Below, in pieces: positions 18,708-28,103 of a stretch of 52,179 nt of DNA; the first letter of the stretch is position 1, and each line of letters begins with the position of its first letter. Location of the stretch: contig JAYVNL010000015.1 in assembly GCA_043758495.1 (NCBI GenBank), positions 1 through 52,179 of the forward strand. Direction: 5' to 3'. The translations under genes and the position numbers were made by a program. Below the pieces are notes generated by a model. That model saw only the letters and a list, made by a program, of their open reading frames with translations, ran no database searches and was not told the DNA's origin. This DNA is from Rhizobacter sp. Lineage in GTDB: Bacteria > Pseudomonadota > Gammaproteobacteria > Burkholderiales > Burkholderiaceae_C.

Positions 18708-18776
18708 GGTGGCCTCGCCTTCGTCGGTTGCGTGGCGCCGGTCGTGCCCGGGTCGGGCGGTCGGCGACGTGAAGGC

Positions 18777-18870
18777 ATTGTCAGAAGTGGTCCGGCCGAA
18801 CATAAGCGCGAATAGGGCAGCCATCGCCTGCCATTTCGGTGCCTGCCGGTGCCACCCCCGCTCCTACATT
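18777..18870. promoter_or_regulatory. Bidirectional flgB/flgA class-2 (FlhDC-type) promoter
   Basis: Imperfect dyad CGCGAATAG…CATTTCGGT (18807-18840), with -10 boxes 24 nt out on each side: GACAAT (minus, 18777-82) and TACATT (plus, 18865-70). Confidence 0.65.
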
Positions 18871-18876
18871 GGCGCC

Positions 18877-19641
18877 ATGATCTGGATCGCACTGCTCGCA
18901 CCGCTCACGCGCGCCACACCGGCCGGCGTTCTTCGCGCCCTGTCCTGGACACTCGTCGTCGCCGTCGGCCTCGCTGCTTCGGCTTTGCCGGCCAACGCCG
19001 AGGACGCCGCGCCCCGCCTCGACGCGGCCCTCGTCGAGCAGGTCCGCTCGCTCGCCGTCGGCAAGCCGGGCGAGCCCGGGGCACCGCGCGTCGAGGTGGT
19101 CGTCGGCCAGCTCGATCCGCGCCTGCACCTGGCGCCGTGCGAGCGCATCGAACCGTACCTGCCGCCGAACGCGCGGATGTGGGGCCGCAGCCGCATCGGC
19201 CTGCGCTGCACGCGCGGCGCGGTCGCCTGGAATGTCTACCTGCCGATCACCGTCAAGGCCTGGGGCCGCGCCCTGGTGATGCCGGCGGGTGCCCAGGCCG
19301 GCAGCGTCGTCGAGGAGAGCGACCTCGACGAGGCCGATGTCGACCTCGCAGAAGAGGCCAGCCCGGTCGTCATCGACCGGCGGCTGATCGCCGGCCATAC
19401 CCTGGCGCAGCCGCTGCGCCCCGGCCAGGCGATCCGCCAGGCCCATCTCAAGGCACGCCAGTGGTTCGCCGCCGGCGACTCGGTCCGCGTCGTCGCCGTC
19501 GGCGCCGGCTTCACGACGGAGAGCGTCGGCCAGGCCGTGACCCACGGCATCGAGGGCCAGCCGGCCCGCGTCCGCATCGACAGCGGCGCCGTCGTCACCG
19601 GCACGCCGGCCGGCGTACGGCGGATGGAGCTCGTGCCGTGA
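18877..19641 (+). CDS. flgA: Flagellar P-ring chaperone
   Basis: Divergent from flgB; LDPRLHLAPC…WGRSRIGLRC…WNVYLP; SAF-like C-terminus. Confidence 0.9.
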   Translation: MIWIALLAPLTRATPAGVLRALSWTLVVAVGLAASALPANAEDAAPRLDAALVEQVRSLAVGKPGEPGAPRVEVVVGQLDPRLHLAPCERIEPYLPPNARMWGRSRIGLRCTRGAVAWNVYLPITVKAWGRALVMPAGAQAGSVVEESDLDEADVDLAEEASPVVIDRRLIAGHTLAQPLRPGQAIRQAHLKARQWFAAGDSVRVVAVGAGFTTESVGQAVTHGIEGQPARVRIDSGAVVTGTPAGVRRMELVP

Positions 19642-19653
19642 CGCAAAAAGCTC

Positions 19654-19680
19654 TCAAGTCACCGCTGCCGACGCCGATAG
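19654..19680 (+). promoter_or_regulatory. Sigma28 (FliA) promoter of flgM
   Basis: TCAA-N15-GCCGATAG versus consensus TAAA-N15-GCCGATAA. Confidence 0.85.
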
Positions 19681-19734
19681 TCCGTCCATGATGACGGGTA
19701 CCGGTCGTTCCGGCCCCGCTTGGAGAACCTCCCC

Positions 19735-20046
19735 ATGAAGATCGGACATCCTGCTGACAAGCCCGCGGCGGTCGCACCCACCGGTGCCGCCGACGTTGCC
19801 AAGACCGCCCCCGGCAGTGCCGCTGCGGTCGCGGTGCCGCCCACGCCCGACGCCAGCGCCAGGGTCGAGCTGTCGAGCACCGCCGCCAGCCTGCTCTCGG
19901 GCGGCAGCTCGGCCGAGTTCGATGCGAACAAGGTCGCGCAGATGTCCGGCGCCATCGCCGGCGGCACGTTCAAGGTCAATCCGGAAGTCATCGCCGACAA
20001 GTTGATCGCCAACGCGCAGGAACTGCTCACGAAGGTGAAGGGATGA
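19735..20046 (+). CDS. flgM: Anti-sigma28 factor
   Basis: VELSSTA…FDANKVAQM..AIAGGTFKVNPEVIADKL; GGAG RBS. Confidence 0.92.
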   Translation: MKIGHPADKPAAVAPTGAADVAKTAPGSAAAVAVPPTPDASARVELSSTAASLLSGGSSAEFDANKVAQMSGAIAGGTFKVNPEVIADKLIANAQELLTKVKG

Positions 20047-20465
20047 TGGGCGGCCTCGCCGCATTCCAGCAGGCCGCCGTCTTGCCGTCCGCCAGCGAAG
20101 CCGACAGCGAGCTCGAGGCGCGCCTGGGCGATGTCGAGACCCGCCTGACCGCGCTCGGCAATGCGCTGCGGACACGCGACGCCGCCGCCATCGACCTGCA
20201 CGCCGTCGAGCTGCATCGCGCGCTCTCGAGCGCCATCAGCCACTTCTCCAGCGCCGCCCGCAGCGGCCGCGTCCCGCCGGCCCTGCGCACCCGGCTGGCC
20301 AACGCCAGCGGTCAGGTCGCGGCGCAACGCGAGTCGCTGGCCCGCGCCACCGCCGCCCTCGACCGCGCCATCGACGTGCTGCTGCCGCGCGACGGCATGC
20401 CGCTCTACTCCGCCTACGGCAACGCCGACCGCGGCCTCTTCAAGAGCGGCGTCATCCGCGCCTGA
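20043..20465 (+). CDS. FlgN-like helical export chaperone (assigned by position)
   Basis: Coupled to flgM; helical; ends LYSAYG, like FlgN C-termini. Confidence 0.6.
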   Translation: MMGGLAAFQQAAVLPSASEADSELEARLGDVETRLTALGNALRTRDAAAIDLHAVELHRALSSAISHFSSAARSGRVPPALRTRLANASGQVAAQRESLARATAALDRAIDVLLPRDGMPLYSAYGNADRGLFKSGVIRA

Positions 20466-20825
20466 GCAACCGCGGCGACGCGGCCGTCACGGCGACGCGC
20501 AGGCCGACATCGTCTGGGCGACGACCGAGGCATCGGCCGCTTCTCGGCTCGCCGATCTGGACGATGCCTGGCCGCCAGCGCAGCGCAGCGCGATCGCGGT
20601 ACCGGCGACGATCTCGCTCCAGCTGTCGCCGACAGCCGCGGCGCCGCGCGGCGCATCGCTGGCACCGGCATCGAAGATCGCACCGGGATGCAGGGACAAC
20701 GCGTACGCGCTCGCATCGTGGGCCGCCACCGCCGCGTCGAAGGCGGCTGCCGCGCCGACCTGGGCCAGCGCCGGCAGCCAGCAGGCGCCACCGGCGAGTC
20801 CGAGCCATCGGGAAGGAGCCGTCAT
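20452..20825 (-). pseudogene. Frameshifted NTF2-like/DUF4440 protein remnant
   Basis: AFDAAVAAHDASAY…LHPGAIF…RGAAAV..SW.EI…IALR continues as WRPGIVQIG in another frame; (CAGCG)3 at 20576-20590. Confidence 0.6.
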
Positions 20826-21301
20826 GACGCCCCCGTCCGTTCGAGCTGCAGTCGCTTGACCATCCGCACGCTGGTCTCGCGGCCGCTGTAGTAGCCGGGC
20901 AGCATCTGCGTCGCGGTGTAGCCGAGCCGTTCGTAGAACGACCGCGCCGCCACGTTGCCGGCGCGGGCCTCCAGCGTGATGCGGGCGATGCCGGCGATGC
21001 GCGCCGACGCTTCGAGCCAGTCGACCATCGCGCTGCCGACGCCGCGGCGTCCGTGCGCCGGCTTCACCGCCAGCAGCACCAGGTGGGCTTCCTCGTCGCC
21101 GTATTTCATGATCGCGAAGCCGGCACGATCGGCGTCGCGCTCGGCGACGATGGCGTTGGTGTCGGGATGGCGAAGGATGCGCAGGACGCGCTCCTTCGTC
21201 CAGCTCCAGCCGAGTCCGGCCTCGACCAGGTCGCGCGACATCTCGGCGATGGCGAGCGCATCGGCGCGGGTCGCGAAGCGAACAGTGGCGGTAGGGCCCA
21301 T
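20822..21301 (-). CDS. GNAT acetyltransferase (RimI-like)
   Basis: LAVKPAHGRRGVG; LEARAGNVAARSFYERLGY…GYY. Confidence 0.88.
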   Translation of the reverse strand: MGPTATVRFATRADALAIAEMSRDLVEAGLGWSWTKERVLRILRHPDTNAIVAERDADRAGFAIMKYGDEEAHLVLLAVKPAHGRRGVGSAMVDWLEASARIAGIARITLEARAGNVAARSFYERLGYTATQMLPGYYSGRETSVRMVKRLQLERTGAS

Positions 21302-21358
21302 GCGGCGCTCATTCTGCGACAGGCCGGTGGGTGGTCGCCGACCCTGCCTCTCGGAAGG

Positions 21359-21374
21359 CTGGATGCACGTACAG
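21359..21374. promoter_or_regulatory. LexA (SOS) box upstream of dinB
   Basis: CTGGATGCACGTACAG = CTG-N10-CAG, 10 nt before the dinB ATG. Confidence 0.85.
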
Positions 21375-21384
21375 TGTGGTCCCC

Positions 21385-22599
21385 ATGCCTCGGCTTATCG
21401 CCCACCTCGACATGGATGCGTTCTACGCCTCTGTCGAGCTGCTGCGCTATCCCGAGCTGCGCGGGCGGGCGGTCGTCATCGGCGGCGGCCGCGACCACCA
21501 GCCCGAGCGCCTCGCCAACGGCAGCCGCCGCTTCTCCGTGCTGCGCGACTACGCCGGCCGCGGCGTCGTCACCACCAGCACCTACGAAGCGCGCAAGCTC
21601 GGCGTCTTCTCGGCCATGGGGATGATGAAGTCGGCGGTGCTCGCACCAGACGCGGTGCTGCTGCCGGTCGACTTCGACGAGTTCCGCAAGTACTCGCGCC
21701 TCTTCAAGGCGGCGGTGCGCGAGACCTGTGCGCACGTCGAGGACCGCGGCATCGACGAGATCTACGTCGACCTGAGCGAGCTGCCGGGCGCGCACGACGA
21801 CGGTGGCCGCGCCATCGGCGAATCGCTGAAAGCCGCCGTGCACGCGCGCACCGGCCTGACCTGCTCGATCGGCATCACGCCCAACAAGCTGCTCTCGAAG
21901 CTCGCTTCCGAACTCGACAAGCCCGACGGCTTGACGCTGCTGGCGATCGCCGACCTGCCGACCCGCATCTGGCCGCTGGCCGCACGCAAGGTCAACGGCA
22001 TCGGCCCGAAGGCGGCCGAGAAGCTCGCCGCTCTCGGCCTGCACACGATCGGCGACATCGCCGCCGTCGAACTCTCTTTGCTGGTCGAGAACTTCGGCAA
22101 GAGCTTCGGCGCCTGGCTGCATGAGGCCTCGCACGGTCGCGACGAGCGCGAGGTCGTGACCTGGAGCGAGCCGAAGTCCATCAGCCGCGAGACCACCTTC
22201 GACCGCGACCTGCACGCGGTTCGCGACCGCACCGAGCTGGGCGCCATCTTCACGCGCCTGTGCGAGCAGCTCGCGGGCGACCTGGCGCGAAAGGGCTACG
22301 CGTCGAAGACCATCGGCATCAAGCTTCGCTTCGACGACTTCCGGATCGCGACCCGCGACCTGACCCTGCCCGCGCACACGCTCGACCCCGGCGAGATTCG
22401 CCGGGCCGCCGGCCTGTGCCTGAAGCGCGTCGACCTGGGCCGGCGACTGCGCCTGCTCGGCGTTCGCGCCGGCGCCCTGGCCCGGCTCGCCGACCTGGTG
22501 GCGCCGATCGCGGCCGGGCCAGTCTCGGCCGCCCCGCCGGCCGTGCACGAAGCGCGCGCCGGCTACGGCATGCCGCTGTTCGACGACTCCGACGCCTGA
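21385..22599 (+). CDS. dinB: DNA polymerase IV
   Basis: HLDMDAFYASVE, YEARKLGV, GIDEIY, KPDG, KSISRETTF. Confidence 0.96.
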   Translation: MPRLIAHLDMDAFYASVELLRYPELRGRAVVIGGGRDHQPERLANGSRRFSVLRDYAGRGVVTTSTYEARKLGVFSAMGMMKSAVLAPDAVLLPVDFDEFRKYSRLFKAAVRETCAHVEDRGIDEIYVDLSELPGAHDDGGRAIGESLKAAVHARTGLTCSIGITPNKLLSKLASELDKPDGLTLLAIADLPTRIWPLAARKVNGIGPKAAEKLAALGLHTIGDIAAVELSLLVENFGKSFGAWLHEASHGRDEREVVTWSEPKSISRETTFDRDLHAVRDRTELGAIFTRLCEQLAGDLARKGYASKTIGIKLRFDDFRIATRDLTLPAHTLDPGEIRRAAGLCLKRVDLGRRLRLLGVRAGALARLADLVAPIAAGPVSAAPPAVHEARAGYGMPLFDDSDA

Positions 22600-22646
22600 G
22601 CCCATCTCCCCGCAGGCCGGCGCAGGTGCTCGCGTAGCATCGCTGC

Positions 22647-23792
22647 ATGACTGTCATCACCAGCATTGCCGACCTGCGCGAGCTCGCCAAGCGCAGGGTG
22701 CCGCGCATGTTCTACGACTACGCCGACTCCGGCTCGTGGACCGAGAGCACCTACCGCGCCAACGAGAGCGACTTCCAGCGCATCAAGCTGCGCCAGCGCG
22801 TCGCCGTCAACATGGAAGGCCGCTCGATCAAGACGAAGATGGTCGGCATCGACACCGCGATGCCGGTGGCGCTGGCGCCCGTCGGCCTGACCGGCATGCA
22901 GCACGCCGATGGCGAGATCCTCGCTGCCCGCGCTGCCGAGAAGTTCGGCGTGCCCTTCACGCTCAGCATGATGAGCATCTGCTCGATCGAAGACGTCGCC
23001 GCCAACACGACGAAGCCATTCTGGTTCCAGCCCTACATGCTGCGCGACAAGCCGTTCATGGAGCGATTGATCGAGCGGGCGCGGGCGGCGAAGTGCAGCG
23101 CCCTGGTTCTCACGCTCGACCTGCAGATCCTCGGCCAGCGCCACAAGGACCTGAAGAACGGCCTCACGGCGCCGCCGAAGCCGACGCTCGCCAACATCGT
23201 CAACCTGCTCGGCAAGCCGCGCTGGCTGCTCGGCATGGCCGGCACGAAACGGCATACCTTCGGCAACATCGTCGGCCACGCCACCGGTGTCGGCGACATG
23301 TCGTCGCTCGGCGCCTGGACCGCCGAGCAGTTCGACCCGCGCCTCAGCTGGGCCGACATCGAATGGGTGAAGAAGCTCTGGGGCGGCAAGCTGATCCTGA
23401 AGGGCATCCTCGACGTCGAGGACGCGCGCCTGGCCGCCGCCAGCGGCGCCGACGCCATCGTCGTCTCCAACCACGGCGGCCGCCAGCTCGACGGCGCGCC
23501 GTCGTCGATCACCGCGCTGCCGGCGATCGCCCAGGCCGTCGGCTCGCAGATCGAGGTCTGGATGGACGGCGGCATCCGCTCCGGGCAAGACGTGCTGAAG
23601 GCCTGGGCGCTCGGAGCCCGCGGCACCCTGATCGGGCGCTCGTTCGTCTACGGGCTCGGCGCGATGGGCGAGGCCGGCGTCGCCAAGGCGCTCGAGATCA
23701 TCGCCAAGGAGCTCGAACTGACGATGGCCTTCTGCGGCCACACCGATATCCGCAAGGTCGACGAATCCATCCTGCTGCCAGGGACCTACTGA
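22647..23792 (+). CDS. lldD: FMN-dependent alpha-hydroxy acid oxidase / L-lactate dehydrogenase
   Basis: FYDYADSGSW; VSNHGGRQLD; DGGIRSGQD. Confidence 0.9.
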   Translation: MTVITSIADLRELAKRRVPRMFYDYADSGSWTESTYRANESDFQRIKLRQRVAVNMEGRSIKTKMVGIDTAMPVALAPVGLTGMQHADGEILAARAAEKFGVPFTLSMMSICSIEDVAANTTKPFWFQPYMLRDKPFMERLIERARAAKCSALVLTLDLQILGQRHKDLKNGLTAPPKPTLANIVNLLGKPRWLLGMAGTKRHTFGNIVGHATGVGDMSSLGAWTAEQFDPRLSWADIEWVKKLWGGKLILKGILDVEDARLAAASGADAIVVSNHGGRQLDGAPSSITALPAIAQAVGSQIEVWMDGGIRSGQDVLKAWALGARGTLIGRSFVYGLGAMGEAGVAKALEIIAKELELTMAFCGHTDIRKVDESILLPGTY

Positions 23793-23824
23793 GCGCTATT
23801 CTTGCCGCCGACGGTAGGCCCGGA

Positions 23825-24091
23825 ATGACACTCGCGCAGCTTCACGATCTAAAGGTCTGGCACCAGGGCCACTGGCGGCAGCAGCCGCTCGAGAAGCAGG
23901 TCTGGGATGCCGTGCTTACCCTGTGGCTGGCCGGCTGGGTCGGTTTCCCCTCGGCCTGCATCACTCATGCGACGTGGGCAGAAGCGACCTGCATCCCGCT
24001 GATCTTCCTGCCGAGTCTCTATGTCGCGATGCGGCTGCACTTGCATCGCGCCGGCGTGCTGCGCTGCGACTGGAGCGTGGCCTTGCGCTAG
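23825..24091 (+). CDS. Small hypothetical membrane protein (88 aa)
   Basis: MTLAQLHDLKVWH…PLEKQVWDAVLTLWLAGW…LRCDW; two hydrophobic segments; its stop TAG is the IS630 target site. Confidence 0.75.
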   Translation: MTLAQLHDLKVWHQGHWRQQPLEKQVWDAVLTLWLAGWVGFPSACITHATWAEATCIPLIFLPSLYVAMRLHLHRAGVLRCDWSVALR

Positions 24092-24622
24092 TGCAGTGTT
24101 CCGTTCTGTTTGGAACTTGAGCGCGCGTTGGCCCGAATGACCTTCTAAAAGATGTCGCGCGCACTCTTGGTCCAGTTGAACGGCTTGGGGTCGATGTGGT
24201 GATGGGCGACGTATTCGTCGATGGCCGTCACGAGTTCGGGCACGCTGGTGAAGACGCCTCGGCGCAGGCGGCTCTCGGAGATGTCGCGGAAGAAGCGCTC
24301 CACCGTGTTGAGCCACGACGCCGAGGTCGGCGTGAAGTGCATGTTGAACCTCGGGTGCTTGGCCAGCCACTCCTGCACCGCCGGGTGCTTGTGCGTAGCG
24401 TAGTTGTCGGCGATCAAGTGCAGCGTCTTGCACTTGGGCGTCTCGCGATCAATCTGGCGCAAGAACTTCAGCCATTCAGCGTGCGTGTGTCGCTGCTGGC
24501 ATTGGCCGATGACTTGCCCGTCGAGCACGTTCAGCGCCGCGAACAGCGTGGTCGTGCCGTGGCGCTTGTAGTCGTGCGTCATCGTCTGCGCGCGGCCCTT
24601 CTTCGACTCGAACACAACACTA
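24089..24622 (-). mobile_element. Internally deleted IS630-family element with both terminal inverted repeats
   Basis: Ends TAGTGCAGTGTTC / TAGTGTTGTGTTC, each at a CTAG. Encodes only the C-terminal half ([32 protein letters not shown]), with a premature stop at 24145. Confidence 0.9.
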
Positions 24623-25297
24623 GCGCTTGATCACCCGGACCGGGTGCTCGACCTTGGACCGGATGCTGGCCTTGATGCGTTCGACTTCATCGATCATCGC
24701 GCCGATGGGGCTGCTCTTGTCCAGTGCCGCGCGTTTGCCCGGGCGCAGGGCCAGATGCCAGGCTGCGTATCGGCGCGCTTGTGCGCCCCCTCGTAGCCCG
24801 CGTCCTCGAAGGCGTCCGCCTCGTCGCCGTGCAGCAGCGCATTGGCTTCGACCACGTCGTGGACATTGGCCGCTGTCCCGCGCAACATGTGCGCCAGGCC
24901 CGACTCGGCATCGGTACCGATGTGGGCCTTCATGCCGAAGTACCACTGGTTGCCCTTCCTGGTCTGGTGCATCTCGGGGTCGCGCGTGCCGCTGGCGTTC
25001 TTGGTCGAGCTCGGCGCTGCAATCAGCGTGGCATCAACCACCGTGCCAGCGCGCAGCATCAACATGGTCGCAACAGCAAACGGCGGGCGACCCTTCTTGC
25101 CAACAGGCGCGAACGGGCTCCCCAGCGCCACCAGCCCGGCCCACGGCACCACCCGGTTCATCTCGTCCAGACACTCGCGCTTGCGCGTTCGCTCGGTCAC
25201 AAGGTTGAGCCCAGATCAGCTTGCTTCATGCTTCACGTCGCAGGAGTTCTCATGCTTCCAGTGAAGCACAGGTCGAGCCGAGTTTTGCAGAGCATCC
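24623..25297 (-). mobile_element. IS5-family (IS5 subgroup) remnant
   Basis: MKQADLG.NL..RTRKRE…VVPW…GRPP | VDATLI..PSSTKN…DPEMHQT.KGNQWYFGMKAHIG…KVEHP. Internal deletion, at least 2 frameshifts, 3' truncation; left end GGATGCTCTGCAAAAC next to CTAG 25298-301. Confidence 0.9.
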
Positions 25298-25470
25298 CTA
25301 GCCTGCCAGATCCCCATTCGGATGTACGACGCCGAAACCGAAGCAGATTCCAACAGGCGAATGGGAATGGTTGCCAATACAAATGACCTTTGACTCCGGG
25401 CATCCGGCGGTCGTCGGCGAGGATCAGGGCCCGCTACATCCGGCGGTGCGCGGACAACGTCGAACGAGTC

Positions 25471-26157
25471 ATGAAAGAAAACCACAAGATCAAGCACATC
25501 GGATGGCTTCGAGCTGCCGTTCTCGGCGCCAATGACGGCATCGTTTCAACCGCCAGTCTCGTCATCGGTGTTGCAGCTTCCCACGCTAGTCATTCCAGCG
25601 TACTGATTGCCGGCGTGGCAGGTCTGGTGTCGGGATCGATGTCGATGGCGACGGGCGAATACGTCTCGGTCTCGTCGCAGTCAGACACCGAAGCCGCCGC
25701 TCTCGACGAAGAGCGCGCCGAGCTTCAGAAAGACGAGGCCGGCGAGCGTCGAGAACTGGCCGCGATCTATGTCAAGAGAGGTCTCGACCTAGCCTTTGCT
25801 AGGCAGGTGGCCAACAAGCTGATGGACCACGACGCCCTGGGTGCTCATGCGCGAGAGGAGTTGGGTATCTCTGAGATAACAACGGCACGTCCCCTGCAAG
25901 CCGCTGGAGCATCCGCGCTCAGCTTTGCGGTGGGGGCGGCACTACCGCTCGCAGTCGTGGCGTTCATGCCTCCTGCTTCGCTTGCCATCGCGGTCGCACT
26001 GGTCGCATTGATTGCATTGGCGGTTCTCGGCGGCCTTGCGGCAAAAACGGGTGGCGCCAGCATTCTTCCCGGGGTTATCCGCGTTACCTTCTGGAGCGCT
26101 TTGGCAATGGCGGTGACGTATGGAGTCGGCGCCCTGTTCGGCACCTCGGTGACGTAG
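25471..26157 (+). CDS. VIT1/CCC1 family metal transporter
   Basis: GWLRAAVLGANDGIVSTASL; SMATGEYVSVSSQSD; AHAREELG. Confidence 0.93.
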   Translation: MKENHKIKHIGWLRAAVLGANDGIVSTASLVIGVAASHASHSSVLIAGVAGLVSGSMSMATGEYVSVSSQSDTEAAALDEERAELQKDEAGERRELAAIYVKRGLDLAFARQVANKLMDHDALGAHAREELGISEITTARPLQAAGASALSFAVGAALPLAVVAFMPPASLAIAVALVALIALAVLGGLAAKTGGASILPGVIRVTFWSALAMAVTYGVGALFGTSVT

Positions 26158-26286
26158 CTCGGCAAGACCAAGTTGCGATTGCCCAAGCCTCGTGTGCAGT
26201 AACGACCACCAAGTCGCGCAAGGTGAGCTTTTCTTCGCCGGAGCCCGCCACAGGATGGAGGGTCAGGTGAATTGCACCAGAGCCGC

Positions 26287-26442
26287 TTAATTCAGCCGCA
26301 GCGACCCGGCCCCCAGCAAGCCGATCAACCCAATCGCGATCAGGTAGATTGCCACGATGAAATTCAGCAGCTTGGGCATGACGAGAATGAGTATTCCCGC
26401 CAGCAACGAGATCAGTGGCGTGAGGCTGAGGTGAAGGTTCAT
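26287..26442 (-). CDS. DUF3096-like small membrane protein (51 aa)
   Basis: Below ORF-track cutoff; MNLHLSLTPLISLLAGILILVMPKLLNFIVAIYLIAIGLIGLLGAGSLRLN; GGAG RBS. Confidence 0.85.
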   Translation of the reverse strand: MNLHLSLTPLISLLAGILILVMPKLLNFIVAIYLIAIGLIGLLGAGSLRLN

Positions 26443-26804
26443 GCGAGCTCCATTGCGGTGGCGTGGTGGGTTCCGATTGACGAGCGGAAATTGCCGAACG
26501 GCAGATCAGACAGAGGCTGCATCTTGACGCTGCCGAACATCCGGCGTGTTTCCGGCGAACGCCGACGGTCCGTCGGCAAGCCCGGCGCGTGTGAGCAGCG
26601 CGCTGTGGCATCCTACAGGTTCTGATGATGTGATACCCCGAACTGAATCTCCGCGACGATCATGGTGGAAGCAGTGTCAAGGGCGTTCCGGCGCAACACG
26701 ATCCGGTAGGCGAAGCGATTGACACAGTCGGCCGCAGGGCGGATGTCGGCGATCACGACATCGTTCATGGATAACCCCTCGAAGTGTCGATGCGCTAGAT
26801 CCAG

Positions 26805-28103
26805 CTAGCGCGTCAGCCGCTCGAAAACCCAGTGCGCGGCGGCCAGCAGGCGCTGGTCGTCGCCGGCTCGGCCGACGCATTGCAGGCCGACCGGCAGGCC
26901 ATGGCTTCCTTGCGTGAATGGCAAGTGGACGCAGGGCAAGCCGAGCAGGGTCCAGCCGCGGCAGAACACCGGGTCACCGGTCGCGTCGGTGCCGGCCGGG
27001 GCCTCGCCGGTCGTGCTGGGCGCGATCAGCACGTCGAAGCTGTCGAACAGGGTGTCGACCGATCGCGCTGCAGCCGCGGTCGCCAGAAGGTTCGCGGCGT
27101 GGGTATCGCCACCGATGGCGATACCGTCACGGAACAACAGACGCAGCGCTTCGCTGAGGTGCTCGACGTGGTGGACCCGCTCGTGGCTCAAGGCACGTGC
27201 CATCTCGAAGGCCATCACGCTCTTCTGCAGCGACCCGAGATCGGGCAGCGACCTGGGCAGTTCGATGTCGGCCAGTGACGTGCCCGTCGCGGCCAGGACC
27301 GTCGTCGCCCGATCCCATGCCGCCCGGGTGTCGGTGTCGGCCTGCGGCCATGCCGTCGTGCGGCACATGCCGATGCGTGGTGCGTCGAGGTCGGGCAACG
27401 CCAGGAGCCGCGAGTCGCCGGTCAGCACCGCGCCCAGCAGCGCCACGTCGCGCACGCTGCGGCCGAAGCCGCCGACGACATCCAGCGTGTCGGAAAGGCT
27501 CTTCACACCCGCGCGCGGCACTCGGCCCGTCGTCGGTTTGTAGCCGACGACGCCGCAGTACGCGGCCGGCCGGATGATCGAGCCCGCCGTCTGCGTGCCG
27601 AGCGCCAGCGGCAGCATGCCGTCGGCCACTGCAGCAGCCGAGCCGCTCGACGAGCCGCCCGGCGTGTGGGCGAGATCGCGGGGATTGCGCGTTGGCCCGG
27701 GGTGGAAGTAGGCGAACTCGGTCGTCACCGTCTTGCCCATCACCACGGCGCCGGCTTCGCGGCACAGCGCCACGGCAGCGGCATCGGCGGCGGGCCGATG
27801 GCCGGCATAGAGAGACGAGCCGTAGGACGTCGGCAGGTCGAAGGTGTCGAACAGGTCCTTGACGCCCAGCGGCAGGCCGTGCAAAGGGCCGCGCACAGCG
27901 CCGGCGTCGAGCGCTCGCGCTTGGGCGAGGGCCGCGTCGGGATCGAGGTGCGCGAAGGCGTGCACTTCGCCATTGCGCTCGGCGGTGCGGTCGAGACAAG
28001 CGCGCATCAGGGCTTCGGCACTCAGCTCGCGGCGCGCCAGCAGCGCGGCCGCCTGCCACGCGGAGAGCGAGTGCAGTGCGTGTGGCGAGAGCTGCGTCGT
28101 CAT
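26805..28103 (-). CDS. Amidase-signature family enzyme
   Basis: GVKDL, GKTVTTEFA, PGGSSSGSAAAVA, GTQTAGSIIRPA; ATGA overlap with the upstream gene. Confidence 0.92.
   Translation of the reverse strand: MTTQLSPHALHSLSAWQAAALLARRELSAEALMRACLDRTAERNGEVHAFAHLDPDAALAQARALDAGAVRGPLHGLPLGVKDLFDTFDLPTSYGSSLYAGHRPAADAAAVALCREAGAVVMGKTVTTEFAYFHPGPTRNPRDLAHTPGGSSSGSAAAVADGMLPLALGTQTAGSIIRPAAYCGVVGYKPTTGRVPRAGVKSLSDTLDVVGGFGRSVRDVALLGAVLTGDSRLLALPDLDAPRIGMCRTTAWPQADTDTRAAWDRATTVLAATGTSLADIELPRSLPDLGSLQKSVMAFEMARALSHERVHHVEHLSEALRLLFRDGIAIGGDTHAANLLATAAAARSVDTLFDSFDVLIAPSTTGEAPAGTDATGDPVFCRGWTLLGLPCVHLPFTQGSHGLPVGLQCVGRAGDDQRLLAAAHWVFERLTR

Noticed and set aside
26674-26727. GTGTCAA…TTGACAC inverted pair as IS ends or an att site
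   Set aside because: Only 7 bp, with no transposase or target duplication; may be chance.
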